A DNA stretch of 50,115 nt, filler included, from Candidatus Zhuqueibacterota bacterium (GCA_016783505.1; 4 parts of 4 records of this genome joined end to end with filler, not necessarily neighbours in it); one strand, 5' to 3'. Positions 25,758-37,669 are shown, counted from the whole stretch's first letter. Notes: generated from the letters alone by a model not told the origin. Numbers and translations are program-made.

Positions 25758-27716
25758 CTTACTCCGACGCTTTATGGGCTGACCATGTGGGCGGCTCCGC
25801 TGCTCTGCGAGACCGCATGAGTTCCTTCCGTGCCTATTACTTCTATGAGGACAACAACAATCGCTTTCCCATTTATGCACCAGAAATCATGTGGGGGGCC
25901 ACGGTATACAAGAAAGGGGTCTGGGTGCTTCACATGCTCCGTCACGTGACCGGTGATTCCAGCTTCTTCCATCTTCTTTGAGGACTGGGCGGATCAGTTC
26001 GGTTATGCTGCTGCCACCACTGAATATATGATTGAGGTGGTATCCCAGGCCGCCGGACTGGATATGGAATGATTTATCCACCAATGGGTTTACGACGCCT
26101 GGTATCCCGAATACCAATACGCCTGGCAAGCAACCGACTTAGGCGGCGGGCAATGGCAGGTTGACCTGGTTATTGAGCAGGTTCAGGGTCCTGAAGACAA
26201 TACCCCCATCTTCAAGATGCCCATTGATATTGGCCTCTGGTACAATACGGCTTGGCATGAATTTGTGGCCTGGGATTCCCTGGAAAGCCAGCACTTTCAA
26301 TGGATTGTGGACGGCCAACCCACCAACCTGCGCTTCGATCATGATGAGTGGGTGCTTTGCACCAAGACTCAGGTCAGCATGCCCGCCGAAGTAACCCTTA
26401 GTCACTTGGATCACCGGGTAGAGGATTCACTGGGCAACGGGAATATGGGCGCCGATCCCGGCGAGACCGTTAACCTATATGTCCGCCTGATGAACCAGGG
26501 TTGGAACGAAGCGACCGCTGTGTTCGGTGAATTGAGCAGTTCCGACCCCTATATCGAGGTTATCGGTGATACTTCCAGCTATCCGGAAATCGCAGGCTAT
26601 CAAGCCCAAGAGAATCTTGATCTCTTCATCGTGCAAATTGTCCCCTCCTGTCCCACGGATTACGGGGCCGACATGCAGATCCAGGTGACCGCGGCTGGGG
26701 GGTATTCCCAGGATGTCAATTTTACCCTGCTAATCGGTGATCCACGGCTTCTGCCAGTGGGGCCCGACGCTTATGGATACATAGTCCTCGACCCGCACGA
26801 CTCCGGTGGTCCCACCTTTGAGTGGATTGAGATCAGCCCCTCCCAGGGCGGCCCGGGCACCGCCATTGAATTTACCGCTGACGACCAGACAGTCCCTGTC
26901 CCCCTGCCGTTTCCCTTCACCTTCTACGGACAATCTGGTGATACCCTGTCCGTGTGCAGCAACGGCTGGATAACCACCGCAGCGGTGGCGGAAACGGATT
27001 ACAGCAACTCTGCCATTCCCGACCCGGACGGACCCACCGGTATGATCGCCCCCTTCTGGGAGGACCTTTCACCCCAGGAACACGGCGAAGTGTCATACTA
27101 TCACGATGAACCGAAACATCGCTTTATTGTAGAGTTTTTCCAGGTGCGCCAGTATCAACCCAACTGGGCCTGGGAGAGTTTCCAGGTTGTCTTGTATGAC
27201 CCGGTATACTATCCCACCCCTACTGGCGATGGGGAAATTCTGTTCCAATACCTGGATATCACCGATCCGGCCAGCTGCACCATCGGGATTGAGAACTGGA
27301 ACGAGGATGACGGCCTGCAGTACCTCTTTAATGGTAGTAACCACGAAAATGGCTGGGTCGTCACTGATAGCTTCGCTATCAAATTGACCACCAGCCCAGC
27401 ATCCCCAGTAATTCCCGAACAACCCACCCCTGTTCCCAGCCGGTATGTCCTCTACCAGAATTATCCTAATTCCTTCAATTCTATGACAGTTATCCGATAC
27501 CAGTTGCCCGAGCCCGGGCCGGTGAGTTTGGATGTGTGCAATCTACTGGGTCAAAAGATTGCCACCTTGGTTCGGGGAAAACAGGGGGGTGGGGAACATA
27601 CGGTTGCCTGGAACGGCCGCACCGAACAGGGCGCAGAGGCTGCCTCAGGGATCTATTTTTATCGGATAAAAACTGGTAACTTTGTGCAGGTGAAGAAGAT
27701 GGTTGTTTTAAGGTAA
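25758..27716 (+). pseudogene. Disrupted M1-family aminopeptidase with C-terminal T9SS/FlgD-type sorting domain (5' end in gap)
   Basis: M1 motif VYKKGVWVLHMLR; frameshift at ~25978; in-frame TGA at 26070 (ME*FIHQW). The intact 26217..27716 part ends in YQNYPNSFN...SGIYFYRI...KKMVVLR. Confidence 0.75.
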
Positions 27717-27932
27717 AGATCAAAGTTAAAATTAGCAATTAGCAATGCAAAATTAGTCCCGATAAATTCGGGACAAAATGAGCAAGCCAAAATGGAGAAT
27801 AAAGAAAAAAGATTTTGAAATTGCTAATTGCTAATTGCTTCAGCCATAGGCTGATCCCTGCCCACGGCAGGCGGGCGCCTCAGGCGGAAATTTTACATTT
27901 TACATTGAGCCTTTTCATAGTAGTCAGCTTAA

Positions 27933-27966
27933 AGAGCCCCGGTAGTCTATGTTGGGGCTTTTTTTA
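27933..27966 (+). terminator. Intrinsic terminator
   Basis: AGCCCCG...TGGGGCT hairpin followed by a T run. Confidence 0.65.
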
Positions 27967-28032
27967 AAGCAGAAATTACATTTGGATTAAACTGAAAAAA
28001 CGGGGGATATTCAGTTAAGAATCAAAATGGGG

Positions 28033-28061
28033 TTGACTTTTAGCCTTATAATTTTTATATT
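28033..28061 (+). promoter_or_regulatory. Sigma-70-type promoter for comF
   Basis: TTGACT-17 nt-TATATT. Confidence 0.55.
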
Positions 28062-28106
28062 ATATTAAGTTGAGGAGTGAATTTTAGGGTTAATATTAAG
28101 GCTTAA

Positions 28107-28814
28107 ATGCCAAATACTTTTCATAATTTTTTTCACACAATTTTTTCATTAATTTACCCTTCATATTGCAATTTATGTGGGGATGAGTTACACGACGGGG
28201 AGAAACTGGTATGCAGAGGGTGTTGGTCAGGTTTAAAAAGGTGGGGTCGGCAAAGTATCGGGATGGACATTCCCCAGCACGAGCGGTTTGTTTCCCATCT
28301 CAGGGTTGCTTTCGAATTTGATGAGCGGTTGCAGCAAATCATACATCTGTTGAAATATGACCGAAGGCGCATTGTTGCCCGGGAGTTGGGCCGTCTCCTT
28401 GCCAATGAGGCCCTTGTGAAAGAAGAGCTGGCATCCGTTGACTTTATTGTTCCCATTCCCCTGCACCCCCGGAAACTTCGGGAGAGGGGTTATAATCAGT
28501 CCCAGCTTGTCGCCCAAGAGTTTGCCAGAGTGGTGGGTATTCCAGTGGGTAAGAATCTGGTTAAGAGACAGAGGTATACCCAGACTCAGACTCAATTAAG
28601 CGCGGAAGAAAGAAAGGTCAACGTGGACGGTGCTTTCAGGGTTATGTTGAAGGACAAGGTGAAGGGTAAATCCATTTTACTAGTGGACGACGTCCTAACG
28701 ACCGGGGCCACCCTGAACGCCTGCGCCCGGGAATTGGTGTTGAACGGGGCCAGGGAAGTGCGGGGTTTAGCCATTGCCCATCCCCCTATTGAGGGATCAA
28801 AAGAAACAAATTAG
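28107..28814 (+). CDS. comF: ComF family protein (zinc ribbon + PRTase)
   Basis: CNLC...CRGC, PIPLHPRKLRERGYNQS, LLVDDVLTTGATL. Confidence 0.92.
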   Translation: MPNTFHNFFHTIFSLIYPSYCNLCGDELHDGEKLVCRGCWSGLKRWGRQSIGMDIPQHERFVSHLRVAFEFDERLQQIIHLLKYDRRRIVARELGRLLANEALVKEELASVDFIVPIPLHPRKLRERGYNQSQLVAQEFARVVGIPVGKNLVKRQRYTQTQTQLSAEERKVNVDGAFRVMLKDKVKGKSILLVDDVLTTGATLNACARELVLNGAREVRGLAIAHPPIEGSKETN

Positions 28815-28829
28815 CTTCTCTAATTTTTC

Positions 28830-28858
28830 TTGACTTTAGATATAAAAGTTTGTATATT
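28830..28858 (+). promoter_or_regulatory. Sigma-70-type promoter for the glycolytic operon
   Basis: TTGACT-17 nt-TATATT, 40 nt before the pfk ATG. Confidence 0.6.
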
Positions 28859-28898
28859 AATTAGATTAAGATATAGTTCAAAATAGGATGATCCGTTA

Positions 28899-29930
28899 AT
28901 GAGAGTGGGTATTCTTACGGGTGGTGGTGATTGTCCGGGACTGAATGCCGCTATTCGGGCGGTGGTTCGGAAAGGATTTGACGCTTATGGGTATGACTTT
29001 TTGGGGATTCGAAACGGATGGGCGGGGTTGATCGAGGGGCAGGTGGAACCCGTCAGCCTCTATTCGGTTTCGGGAATTTTAAATAGAGGAGGGACCTTTC
29101 TGGGAACATCGAGGACAAACCCTTTTAAGGGACAGGGGGCCCTGGAACGGCTTAAGGAGAATGTAAAAAAATATGAATTGAATGTCATTGTCGCCATCGG
29201 GGGTGAGGATACCCTGGGGGTGGCTCAGAGACTATTTGAAATAGGCATCCCCACGGTTGGCATTCCCAAGACCATTGACAATGATCTGGCGGGGACGGAT
29301 TATACCTTCGGGTTTGACACTGCCGTCTCCATTGCTACCGAGGCCATTGATCGGTTGCACACTACTGCTGAATCCCATCAACGGGTTATGGTGGTTGAGG
29401 TTATGGGCCGACACACGGGTTGGATTGCCGTCGCCTCTGGCATCGCCGGGGGGGCGGATTGCATTCTCATTCCTGAGATCCCCTTCAGTATAGACGATGT
29501 TTCCAATTTGATCATTAAGCGCCATAAAAAGGGGAAAAACTTCAGTATCGTGGTGGTGGCAGAAGGGGCTAAGGCCAAGGAACAGAAGGATTACATCACC
29601 CAATCAAAGAAGGTGGACGATTTTGGCCACATCATCCTGGGTGGGGTGGGGGATTGGATTGGGAAGAGGATCGAAGAGAAGACGGGTCTGGAGACCCGGG
29701 TGACCATCCTGGGCCATATCCAGCGGGGTGGATCCCCAACCGCCTACGACCGTATCCTGGCCACCCGGTTCGGCATAAAAGCGGCCGATTTAATTCATCA
29801 AAAGAAATTTGGCCTGATGGTCAGCTTAAAAGGAAACACCGTTGATTCGGTCACGCTGGCTGAGGCGGTGGTCAAGACCAAGACGGTGGACCTGAAATTC
29901 TATGAAATTGCCAAGGTGTTCTTCGGCTGA
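28899..29930 (+). CDS. pfkA: 6-phosphofructokinase, group III / probably PPi-dependent
   Basis: TGGGDCPGLN, GGEDT, PKTIDND, EVMGR, LGHIQRGG. Confidence 0.92.
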   Translation: MRVGILTGGGDCPGLNAAIRAVVRKGFDAYGYDFLGIRNGWAGLIEGQVEPVSLYSVSGILNRGGTFLGTSRTNPFKGQGALERLKENVKKYELNVIVAIGGEDTLGVAQRLFEIGIPTVGIPKTIDNDLAGTDYTFGFDTAVSIATEAIDRLHTTAESHQRVMVVEVMGRHTGWIAVASGIAGGADCILIPEIPFSIDDVSNLIIKRHKKGKNFSIVVVAEGAKAKEQKDYITQSKKVDDFGHIILGGVGDWIGKRIEEKTGLETRVTILGHIQRGGSPTAYDRILATRFGIKAADLIHQKKFGLMVSLKGNTVDSVTLAEAVVKTKTVDLKFYEIAKVFFG

Positions 29931-29932
29931 CG

Positions 29933-30895
29933 GTGATGGAACGCATCGGTATTTTGACCAGTGGGGGGGATTGTGCCGGGATGAACGCTGCTCTGCGGTC
30001 GGCGGTGCGAACCGCCCGGAAAAAGGGGGTTGAAGTCTACGGGTTCAAACATGGATTCGTGGGAATATTGGAAAAGGACTTTATTTCCCTGGATTCCCGG
30101 CATGTCAGCGGGATTCTGCAGCGGGGGGGGACCGTTTTGCAGTCGGCCCGCTGTGAGGAGTTCAAAACCAATAAGGGTCAGGAGAAGGGATTTTCTAATT
30201 TAAAGGAACTGGGGGTGGGGGGGATGATTGTTATCGGCGGGGATGGCTCCCTGAACGGGGCTTTTGTCCTTCATCAGATGGGAATGCCCACCGTAGGGAT
30301 ACCAGCAACAATTGATAATGACATCTACGGCACCGATATGTCCATCGGTGTGGACACCGCCTTGAACACCATCACCCATGCCATTGATACCATTCGGGAC
30401 ACGGCCTCCTCCCACGACCGGGCGTTCATCATTGAGGTCATGGGGCGCCATTCTGGCTATCTGGCGTTGACTGCTGCTATTGCTTCCGGGGCTGAGGCGG
30501 CTGTCATCCCCGAGGTGCCCTACGATCTGGGAGCCATTGCTGATAACCTGCTTCAGCGGTATGAAGCCGGGAAAACGAATAGCATCATCATCGTGGCCGA
30601 GGGGGGCTCAGATGCCTATACTATCGAACGGAAATTGAAGCATCGAATAGGCTATGAGACCCGGATTACTGTGCTGGGTCACCTTCAACGGGGCGGAGAG
30701 CCTAGCGTCTTCGATAGGCTTTTAGCCTCCGAATTTGGGATGCGGGCGGTGGAGGCCCTGCTGGAAGGGAGATCGGGGGAAATGGTGGCCCTGCAGTCCA
30801 ACGAATACCTCGCCATTCCGTTTGAAGAGGTGTTCGCCCACAAGAAAGTGATCCCCCAGCGGTTATTGGAATTGGCGGAGACATTGAGCAGTTAG
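29933..30895 (+). CDS. pfkA: ATP-dependent 6-phosphofructokinase
   Basis: TSGGDCAGMN, GGDGS, PATIDND, EVMGR, LGHLQRGG. Confidence 0.95.
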   Translation: MMERIGILTSGGDCAGMNAALRSAVRTARKKGVEVYGFKHGFVGILEKDFISLDSRHVSGILQRGGTVLQSARCEEFKTNKGQEKGFSNLKELGVGGMIVIGGDGSLNGAFVLHQMGMPTVGIPATIDNDIYGTDMSIGVDTALNTITHAIDTIRDTASSHDRAFIIEVMGRHSGYLALTAAIASGAEAAVIPEVPYDLGAIADNLLQRYEAGKTNSIIIVAEGGSDAYTIERKLKHRIGYETRITVLGHLQRGGEPSVFDRLLASEFGMRAVEALLEGRSGEMVALQSNEYLAIPFEEVFAHKKVIPQRLLELAETLSS

Positions 30896-30920
30896 TTAAC
30901 GTATTGGGAAGGATAAAACA

Positions 30921-31124
30921 ATGGAAGAAATAAAAAAGCAGTATATTGTTGATGAACAGAATCGAAGAATCGCCGTGCAAATTGACCTCGAAACTTTCGA
31001 GAAGATAGAAGAAATTCTGGAAAATCATGCTTTGGTGCAACTGATGAAAGAGAATGAGAGTGACTATACTTTAGAACTCAATCAGGCCAAGGCCTATTAT
31101 CAAACACTGGAAAAAGTAGTTTGA
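30921..31124 (+). CDS. Putative antitoxin
   Basis: 67-aa acidic protein (KQYIVDEQNRRIAVQIDLETFEKIEE); its stop overlaps a RelE-like start. Confidence 0.55.
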   Translation: MEEIKKQYIVDEQNRRIAVQIDLETFEKIEEILENHALVQLMKENESDYTLELNQAKAYYQTLEKVV

Positions 31125-31186
31125 AGATAAAATACCGGAAAAAGTTTCTAAAAGAACTCTCAAAAATCCCCCCCCGAATAAGAGAA
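31121..31186 (+). pseudogene. Truncated RelE/ParE-like toxin remnant
   Basis: TTG start overlapping the antitoxin stop; MKIKYRKKFLKELSKIPPRIRE, after which similarity is lost. Confidence 0.5.
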
Positions 31187-31283
31187 GATGATGGATATAC
31201 TGGAACTTCTGGGTGTTGGTTTCGGGATAATAACCGCTTTAATTACTATTTTCAAGTTTATTTAGCTATAAGGAGATATTGCG

Positions 31284-32357
31284 ATGATGACCATTAATGA
31301 AATCAGAAGGCTTTTAGGGAAAGAGTCGGATTATTTGTTAAATCACACCTCAACGTGTATCACAAAAGATCAACTCCATCTTCCAGGATCTGACTGGGTT
31401 GATCGTATCTTCAGTGGGTCGGATCGGCCCACACCGGTACTGCGCAATCTCCAATCCCTATTCAGCCACGGACGGCTGGGCAACACAGGGTATCTCTCCT
31501 TCCTGCCGGTGGATCAGGGAATAGAACATTCCGCGGGGGCATCTTTCGCCCCTAATCCCATTTATTTCGACCCGGAAAATATCATTAAATTGGGTATCGA
31601 AGGCGGTTGTAACGGGGTTGCTTCAACGCTTGGCGTCTTGGGAAGCGTGGCCCGAAAATACGCCCATAAAATACCTTTCATCCTGAAATTCAATCATAAC
31701 GAGCTCTTATCTTATCCTAATAAATACGATCAAATTCTTTTTGCCAGCATAAAGCAGGCCCTTGACCTGGGCGCAGTCGCTGTGGGGGCCACTATCTACT
31801 TTGGCTCTCCCGAAAGCGATCGGCAGATTATCGAAGTGAGCGAGGCTTTTCAGATAGCCCACGAGATGGGGATGGCTACCATCCTCTGGTGCTATCTGCG
31901 GAATGATGCATTTAAAGTAGAAGGAGTGGATTATCATGCTAGCGCCGATCTGACCGGGCAGGCCAACTATCTGGGTGTAACCATTGAAGCGGACATTGTT
32001 AAACAGAAACTGCCCACCAATACTGGCGGTTATAAGGCCTTGAATAGGGGTAAATCCAGTTATGGAAAGTTTGACGAACGCATGTACGCCGAATTATCCT
32101 CAGGCCATCCGATAGATTTGACCAGATACCAGGTAGCAAATAATTATATGGGTCGGGTCGGATTGATCAATTCCGGAGGGCCTTCCGGGAAGGACGATCT
32201 GGCCCAGGCGGTAAGAACAGCGGTCATCAACAAGAGGGCTGGGGGGATGGGGCTAATCAGCGGACGCAAAGCATTCCAAAGATCAATGACAGAAGGAATT
32301 AAGATCTTAAATGCCATCCAGGATATTTATCTATGCCAGGATGTCACCATTGCATAA
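31284..32357 (+). CDS. fbaB: Class I fructose-bisphosphate aldolase
   Basis: [28 protein letters not shown] (Schiff-base Lys), [10 protein letters not shown]. Confidence 0.96.
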   Translation: MMTINEIRRLLGKESDYLLNHTSTCITKDQLHLPGSDWVDRIFSGSDRPTPVLRNLQSLFSHGRLGNTGYLSFLPVDQGIEHSAGASFAPNPIYFDPENIIKLGIEGGCNGVASTLGVLGSVARKYAHKIPFILKFNHNELLSYPNKYDQILFASIKQALDLGAVAVGATIYFGSPESDRQIIEVSEAFQIAHEMGMATILWCYLRNDAFKVEGVDYHASADLTGQANYLGVTIEADIVKQKLPTNTGGYKALNRGKSSYGKFDERMYAELSSGHPIDLTRYQVANNYMGRVGLINSGGPSGKDDLAQAVRTAVINKRAGGMGLISGRKAFQRSMTEGIKILNAIQDIYLCQDVTIA

Positions 32358-32470
32358 ACCAGATAGTTACAAAGAGTTCCCCGAAATTTCGGGGCCTAAA
32401 TTTCAAAAATTATTTGTGACAGTTTACCACTACCTGATATTGAAAAATAGGGGATTTTAGAGGAGGATAA

Positions 32471-33469
<999 letters not shown>

Positions 33470-33471
33470 AC

Positions 33472-33877
33472 ATGAAAAAGTCCGAGCTAAAAAATTACGG
33501 ATAACTATCATCTTCGATTGATACTGCAGTTCGGGTCAGCAGTTAGCCGGATGAGTAACCGTGAAAGCGACTTGGATATTGCCGTCTTAGTGGATGGGTC
33601 TGAAGACGTATCAAAGGATAAATATCAATGGTATTTGGGCGGTGAATTCATAAGGCTTTTTATGAGGGATGACGTGGATGTGGTTATTATTAATACAGCC
33701 AATTCACTGTTGCGATATGAAATAGCGATGAATTGTAAAATTATTTTTGAGAAAGGCGATGCTTTTGCCAAATTTGCAAGCCGTGCCATGAAGGACTATG
33801 AGGATGATAAAAAGTTCTACGATCAGTTCTACAAGGATGCCATACACAGTCTGTTTGATTTTGAGGGTGTACAATGA
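33472..33877 (+). pseudogene. Orphan MntA-type nucleotidyltransferase antitoxin, apparently frameshifted near the start
   Basis: FGS...SDLDIAV motif, DVDVVIIN, LLRYEI. ATG 33472 (MKKSELK) is out of frame with the body at the A6 run 33489-33494. TTG 33518 is an alternative start. Confidence 0.7.
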
Positions 33878-35076
33878 TTAATCGCCCAATGGGGGTTGAC
33901 CATTTGAATTTTAAAGGCAAAAGGGTTTTAATTAGGGTGGACTTCAACGTTCCCTTAGATGAAGGACTTAACATTACCGATGACACTAGGATCGTGGAAG
34001 CCTTGCCGACGATCAGGAAGGTTTTGGCCGATGGGGGGAAGGCGATTTTGATGTCCCATCTGGGGCGGCCCAAGGGACAGGTTAAACCTGAGTTGAGTTT
34101 AGTACCGGTGGCCAAACGGTTATCGGAGATGTTGGATAAACAGGTTATGCTGGCTGAGGATTGTATTGGGGCTAAGGTGGAGAGTCTCATAAAGGGGCTG
34201 AAAGCCGGGGATTGTTTATTACTTGAGAACCTGAGGTTTCATCCTGAAGAGGAGAAAAACGCCCCCGATTTTTCCAGACAACTGGCCTCGCTGGGTGACA
34301 TCTACATCAACGATGCCTTCGGCTCCGCCCATCGATCCCACGCTTCCACAGTGGGGGTTACCCGATATTATGATCAGTGTGCTGCCGGCTATTTGATGCA
34401 GAAGGAAATAGCCTACCTGGGAAAAGCTTTATCCAACCCCGAACGTCCCTTTGTGGCCATCCTGGGAGGGGCGAAGGTTTCGGGAAAGATTGATGTTATC
34501 AAAAACCTACTGGATAAAGTGGATTATCTGCTCATCGGGGGGGGGATGGCGTATACCTTTTTCCGGGCCATGGGGCTTCAGACCGGGGAATCCTTAGTCG
34601 AGGAGGATAAGATCGGGCTGGCGGCTGAAATTCTGGGAGGAATTAAGGATCAGCGCATAGATTTCATCCTTCCCGACGATTGTGTAGTGGCCGAAGATTT
34701 CAGTAATGAGGCATCGTATAAAACGGTCCCCAGGGGAGAAATACCACCGGAGTGGCAGGGATTGGATGTGGGTCCTAAGACGGTGGAACGCTTCGCATTG
34801 ATTATTGGTGAGGCAAGGACAGTTTTGTGGAATGGTCCTCTGGGTGTCTTTGAGATGCCAAATTTCGCTATGGGAACCAGAAGGATCGCCCAGGCCCTGG
34901 CCAATGTCACTGACCAGGGGGCGGTGACTATCATTGGTGGGGGGGATACGGCGGCGGCGGTTAAGCAATTCGGTTTCGGGGACCGTATAAGTCATATTTC
35001 AACCGGCGGTGGGGCCTCCTTGGAATTTTTGGAGGGAAAGAAACTTCCCGGGATTGAAGCGTTAACGGATGCCTAA
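33874..35076 (+). CDS. pgk: Phosphoglycerate kinase
   Basis: RVDFNVP, SHLGRPKG, LLENLRF, GGAKVSGKI, STGGGASLEFLEG. Confidence 0.98.
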   Translation: MINRPMGVDHLNFKGKRVLIRVDFNVPLDEGLNITDDTRIVEALPTIRKVLADGGKAILMSHLGRPKGQVKPELSLVPVAKRLSEMLDKQVMLAEDCIGAKVESLIKGLKAGDCLLLENLRFHPEEEKNAPDFSRQLASLGDIYINDAFGSAHRSHASTVGVTRYYDQCAAGYLMQKEIAYLGKALSNPERPFVAILGGAKVSGKIDVIKNLLDKVDYLLIGGGMAYTFFRAMGLQTGESLVEEDKIGLAAEILGGIKDQRIDFILPDDCVVAEDFSNEASYKTVPRGEIPPEWQGLDVGPKTVERFALIIGEARTVLWNGPLGVFEMPNFAMGTRRIAQALANVTDQGAVTIIGGGDTAAAVKQFGFGDRISHISTGGGASLEFLEGKKLPGIEALTDA

Positions 35077-35086
35077 GAGGAGGAGA

Positions 35087-35857
35087 ATGAAGCGGAAATT
35101 AATCATCGCCGGCAACTGGAAGATGAACAAGACAGCCCTAGAGGCCGAAGGTTTGGTGAAAGATTTGGTCTCAAACATTGGTAGTGTTCAAAAAACCGAT
35201 GTGGTTATCTGTCCCCCTTTTACAGCGCTGGAAACCGTGGGGCGACTTATTGATGGTACCCCGATTGCCTTGGGGGCCCAGAACATGCATTGGGAAGAAA
35301 AAGGAGCCTTCACCGGGGAAATCTCCGCTGATATGTTGAAGGCGCTGGGGTGCCGGTACGTCATCTTAGGCCATTCAGAGAGGAGACAGTATTTCGGAGA
35401 GACCGATGAAGGGGTCAATAAAAAATTGCGGGCCGCTTTGGAGGCAGGATTACAACCTATTGTTTGCGTGGGTGAGACCTTAAAAGAGAGGGAAGCTAGG
35501 GTCACAGAAAAAGTTTTAAGTGATCAACTAAAAGGAGTGTTCAGGAATTTTGCCGTCGAGGAGCTTGGGGATGTGATATTAGCCTATGAGCCCGTGTGGG
35601 CCATCGGCACCGGCCGGACGGCCTCACCCCAACAGGCGGCCCAGGTCCATCGCTTTATCCGGGGGATATTGGGCGATCTCTTTACCCCCCACTGGGCGCA
35701 GGGCTTAAGGATTCAATACGGGGGAAGCGTAAAACCGGAAAACATCCGGAATTTATTGGCTGAGGTTAACATAGACGGGGCGTTGGTGGGCGGGGCCAGT
35801 CTGGATAATGGGCCATTTGCCCGGATTGTGGCAGTGGCAGAGGAAATGAGCCGATAG
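35087..35857 (+). CDS. tpiA: Triosephosphate isomerase
   Basis: AGNWKMN, GHSERR, AYEPVWAIGTG, YGGSV; AGGAGG RBS before ATG 35087. Confidence 0.98.
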   Translation: MKRKLIIAGNWKMNKTALEAEGLVKDLVSNIGSVQKTDVVICPPFTALETVGRLIDGTPIALGAQNMHWEEKGAFTGEISADMLKALGCRYVILGHSERRQYFGETDEGVNKKLRAALEAGLQPIVCVGETLKEREARVTEKVLSDQLKGVFRNFAVEELGDVILAYEPVWAIGTGRTASPQQAAQVHRFIRGILGDLFTPHWAQGLRIQYGGSVKPENIRNLLAEVNIDGALVGGASLDNGPFARIVAVAEEMSR

Positions 35858-36244
35858 TGAACTTAGCCGTTCCAAGATCGTTTTCCCCTGGCCGGGCAGG
35901 TAAGACCCTTCGGGCCGAAAGGATCGGGCAGTTGAAATAATGGAATAATGGAATGATGGGGTAATAAGTATATCAAATGATCAGGGATCAGTGGGAAGAA
36001 TATTAGAAGAACATGATAAGATAAACGAGTTAAACATCGCATGGAGAAAATTATCTGGTATTCTGATACTCTGATCAGTCCGGCGTCAGTTAGGCATCCG
36101 TCCGGCGCCTGACGGACCTGACTAACCTGAAGGATATTCTGATTTACTTTAAATTATATGAGTCTTGTCGCTATGAGTTTTTTAAAAAGTAGAAGCCTAA
36201 TATTTTCAATGATGTTAATAGTTACATACCACGGAGGATAGAAG

Positions 36245-36613
36245 ATGGGATTCTTAATCTTTATACACATTTTGGTTGCTTTTTTTCTGGTTATTGTTAT
36301 TTTACTCCAGTCAAGCAAAGGGGGGGGGTTGGCCGGGGCCTTTGGGGGAATGGGTGGGGGAGCGGTCTTTGGGGGTCGGGGAGTGGCAACCTTCCTCAGT
36401 AAAGTGACCACCGTTTTGGCGACGATTTTGCTTATTAACTGTATCATCATAGGGGTTATCGCCTCCCGGCGCGGGGAACGGGAAAGTTTGATCCAACAGG
36501 CGGCTCAGAGAGCCCGGGTAGAATCACCGGTGGCTAATCTGCCGGCCGTTCCAGGGACGGTGTCCCCGCCCGCTGAAGAAAAGCCGGCTCCCACCGGGGA
36601 GGAAGGGGAATAA
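36245..36613 (+). CDS. secG: Preprotein translocase subunit SecG
   Basis: ILLQSSKGGGLAGAFGG...FLSKVT; canonical tpiA-secG-tRNA-Leu order. Confidence 0.95.
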   Translation: MGFLIFIHILVAFFLVIVILLQSSKGGGLAGAFGGMGGGAVFGGRGVATFLSKVTTVLATILLINCIIIGVIASRRGERESLIQQAAQRARVESPVANLPAVPGTVSPPAEEKPAPTGEEGE

Positions 36614-36852
36614 ACATATTAGTTCTTCCCGAAATTTAATGGTTAATTAGGAATGGAGGTTTGTTGCAGAGCGGGATATATTGGAAAATTCGAAGCACGA
36701 TTCCGAACCTTCGGGACGAAACAAATCCGAATGACCAAAAGCCAAAATTAGAAGAAATATAATTTATAAACTTAAGAAAATAGATATTAGTTGAAGCTTC
36801 GGACTCATATAGCGTAAAGGTAACTAACGTTTTGAACATCGGTCAGGCGCCC

Positions 36853-37024
36853 GGGCCTGTTGCAGAACTATCGCATAGGAATAAATTCCTATGCTAACTC
36901 TAAGAAAGTATGTTGAAACATACTGTTATTAGTCCCGAAGTTTCGGGACTTTCGTTGAGATAGCGTGATAATTTATTATCACGCAAAGAGGAAACCAGCG
37001 ATTTCAGAGTTGTGCCACAGGCCC
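36853..37024. mobile_element. MITE with 17-bp terminal inverted repeats, inserted into another dispersed repeat
   Basis: GGGCCTGTTGCAGAACT...AGTTGTGCCACAGGCCC (15/17 match). Flanks rejoin to CATCGGTCAGGCGCCC-GACTGATG, compare 15362-15384. Confidence 0.65.
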
Positions 37025-37092
37025 TCCCGACTGATGGGAAGGGATCATAATTGACAATTTTCAATTGACAGTTGTCAATTTTTCCTAAGATT

Positions 37093-37176
37093 GCCGAAGT
37101 GGTGGAACGGGTAGACACGCCATCTTGAGGGGGTGGTGCCCTTTTGGGTGTGCCGGTTCGAGTCCGGCCTTCGGCA
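37093..37176 (+). tRNA. tRNA-Leu (anticodon GAG)
   Basis: GCCGAAG acceptor stem, CCATC-TTGAGGG-GGTGG anticodon arm, long variable arm, GGTTCGAGTCC. CCA is not encoded (CTA follows). Confidence 0.95.
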
Positions 37177-37286
37177 CTATTCGCCATATTGTTTCCCCCT
37201 GGGAGCGTAACCTCCTACGGACCGGGCATGCAAGACCCTTTGGGCCGACGGATTTAGATAGCGATGGTAAAAAAGAGGGTTTGAGA

Positions 37287-37658
37287 ATGGAAAAAAGAAG
37301 GATTTTAGTCGTTGACGATGAGATGGAAGTTTGTATCTTAGTTAAGGAATTTTTGGAAGAAAGAGGCTATCAAGTGGCGGTGGCCAATCGGGGTAAAGAT
37401 GCCGTAGAGGGGATGAAATCTTTTCGACCCCACGTGGTCCTGTTGGACATAAGGATGCCCGGTATGAGCGGTATGGAAGTGCTGGATCAGATCCGGGAGA
37501 TTGATAAGGAAGTGGGGGTAATTATGGTTACCGCTGTCAAAGATGAGAGAATCGGAAGGGAGGCCTTAAAGAAGGGGGCCACGGATTATATCGTCAAACC
37601 TATTGATCTTGATTATTTGGAGACCAGTGTACTGACAAAGATTACTCAAACTTGGTGA
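37287..37658 (+). CDS. Single-domain response regulator
   Basis: ILVVDDE, LLDIRMPGMSG, MVTA, VKP. Confidence 0.9.
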   Translation: MEKRRILVVDDEMEVCILVKEFLEERGYQVAVANRGKDAVEGMKSFRPHVVLLDIRMPGMSGMEVLDQIREIDKEVGVIMVTAVKDERIGREALKKGATDYIVKPIDLDYLETSVLTKITQTW

Positions 37659-37669
37659 TGGGAGTTTCA

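Noticed and set aside
26070-26072. In-frame TGA as evidence for selenocysteine or UGA=Trp recoding
   Set aside because: TGA is used as a normal stop in many intact genes here, and a frameshift lies about 90 nt upstream, so decay or error is more likely.
37125-37286. N-terminal extension of the response regulator ORF
   Set aside because: It overlaps tRNA-Leu and repeat DNA; the real start is ATG 37287.
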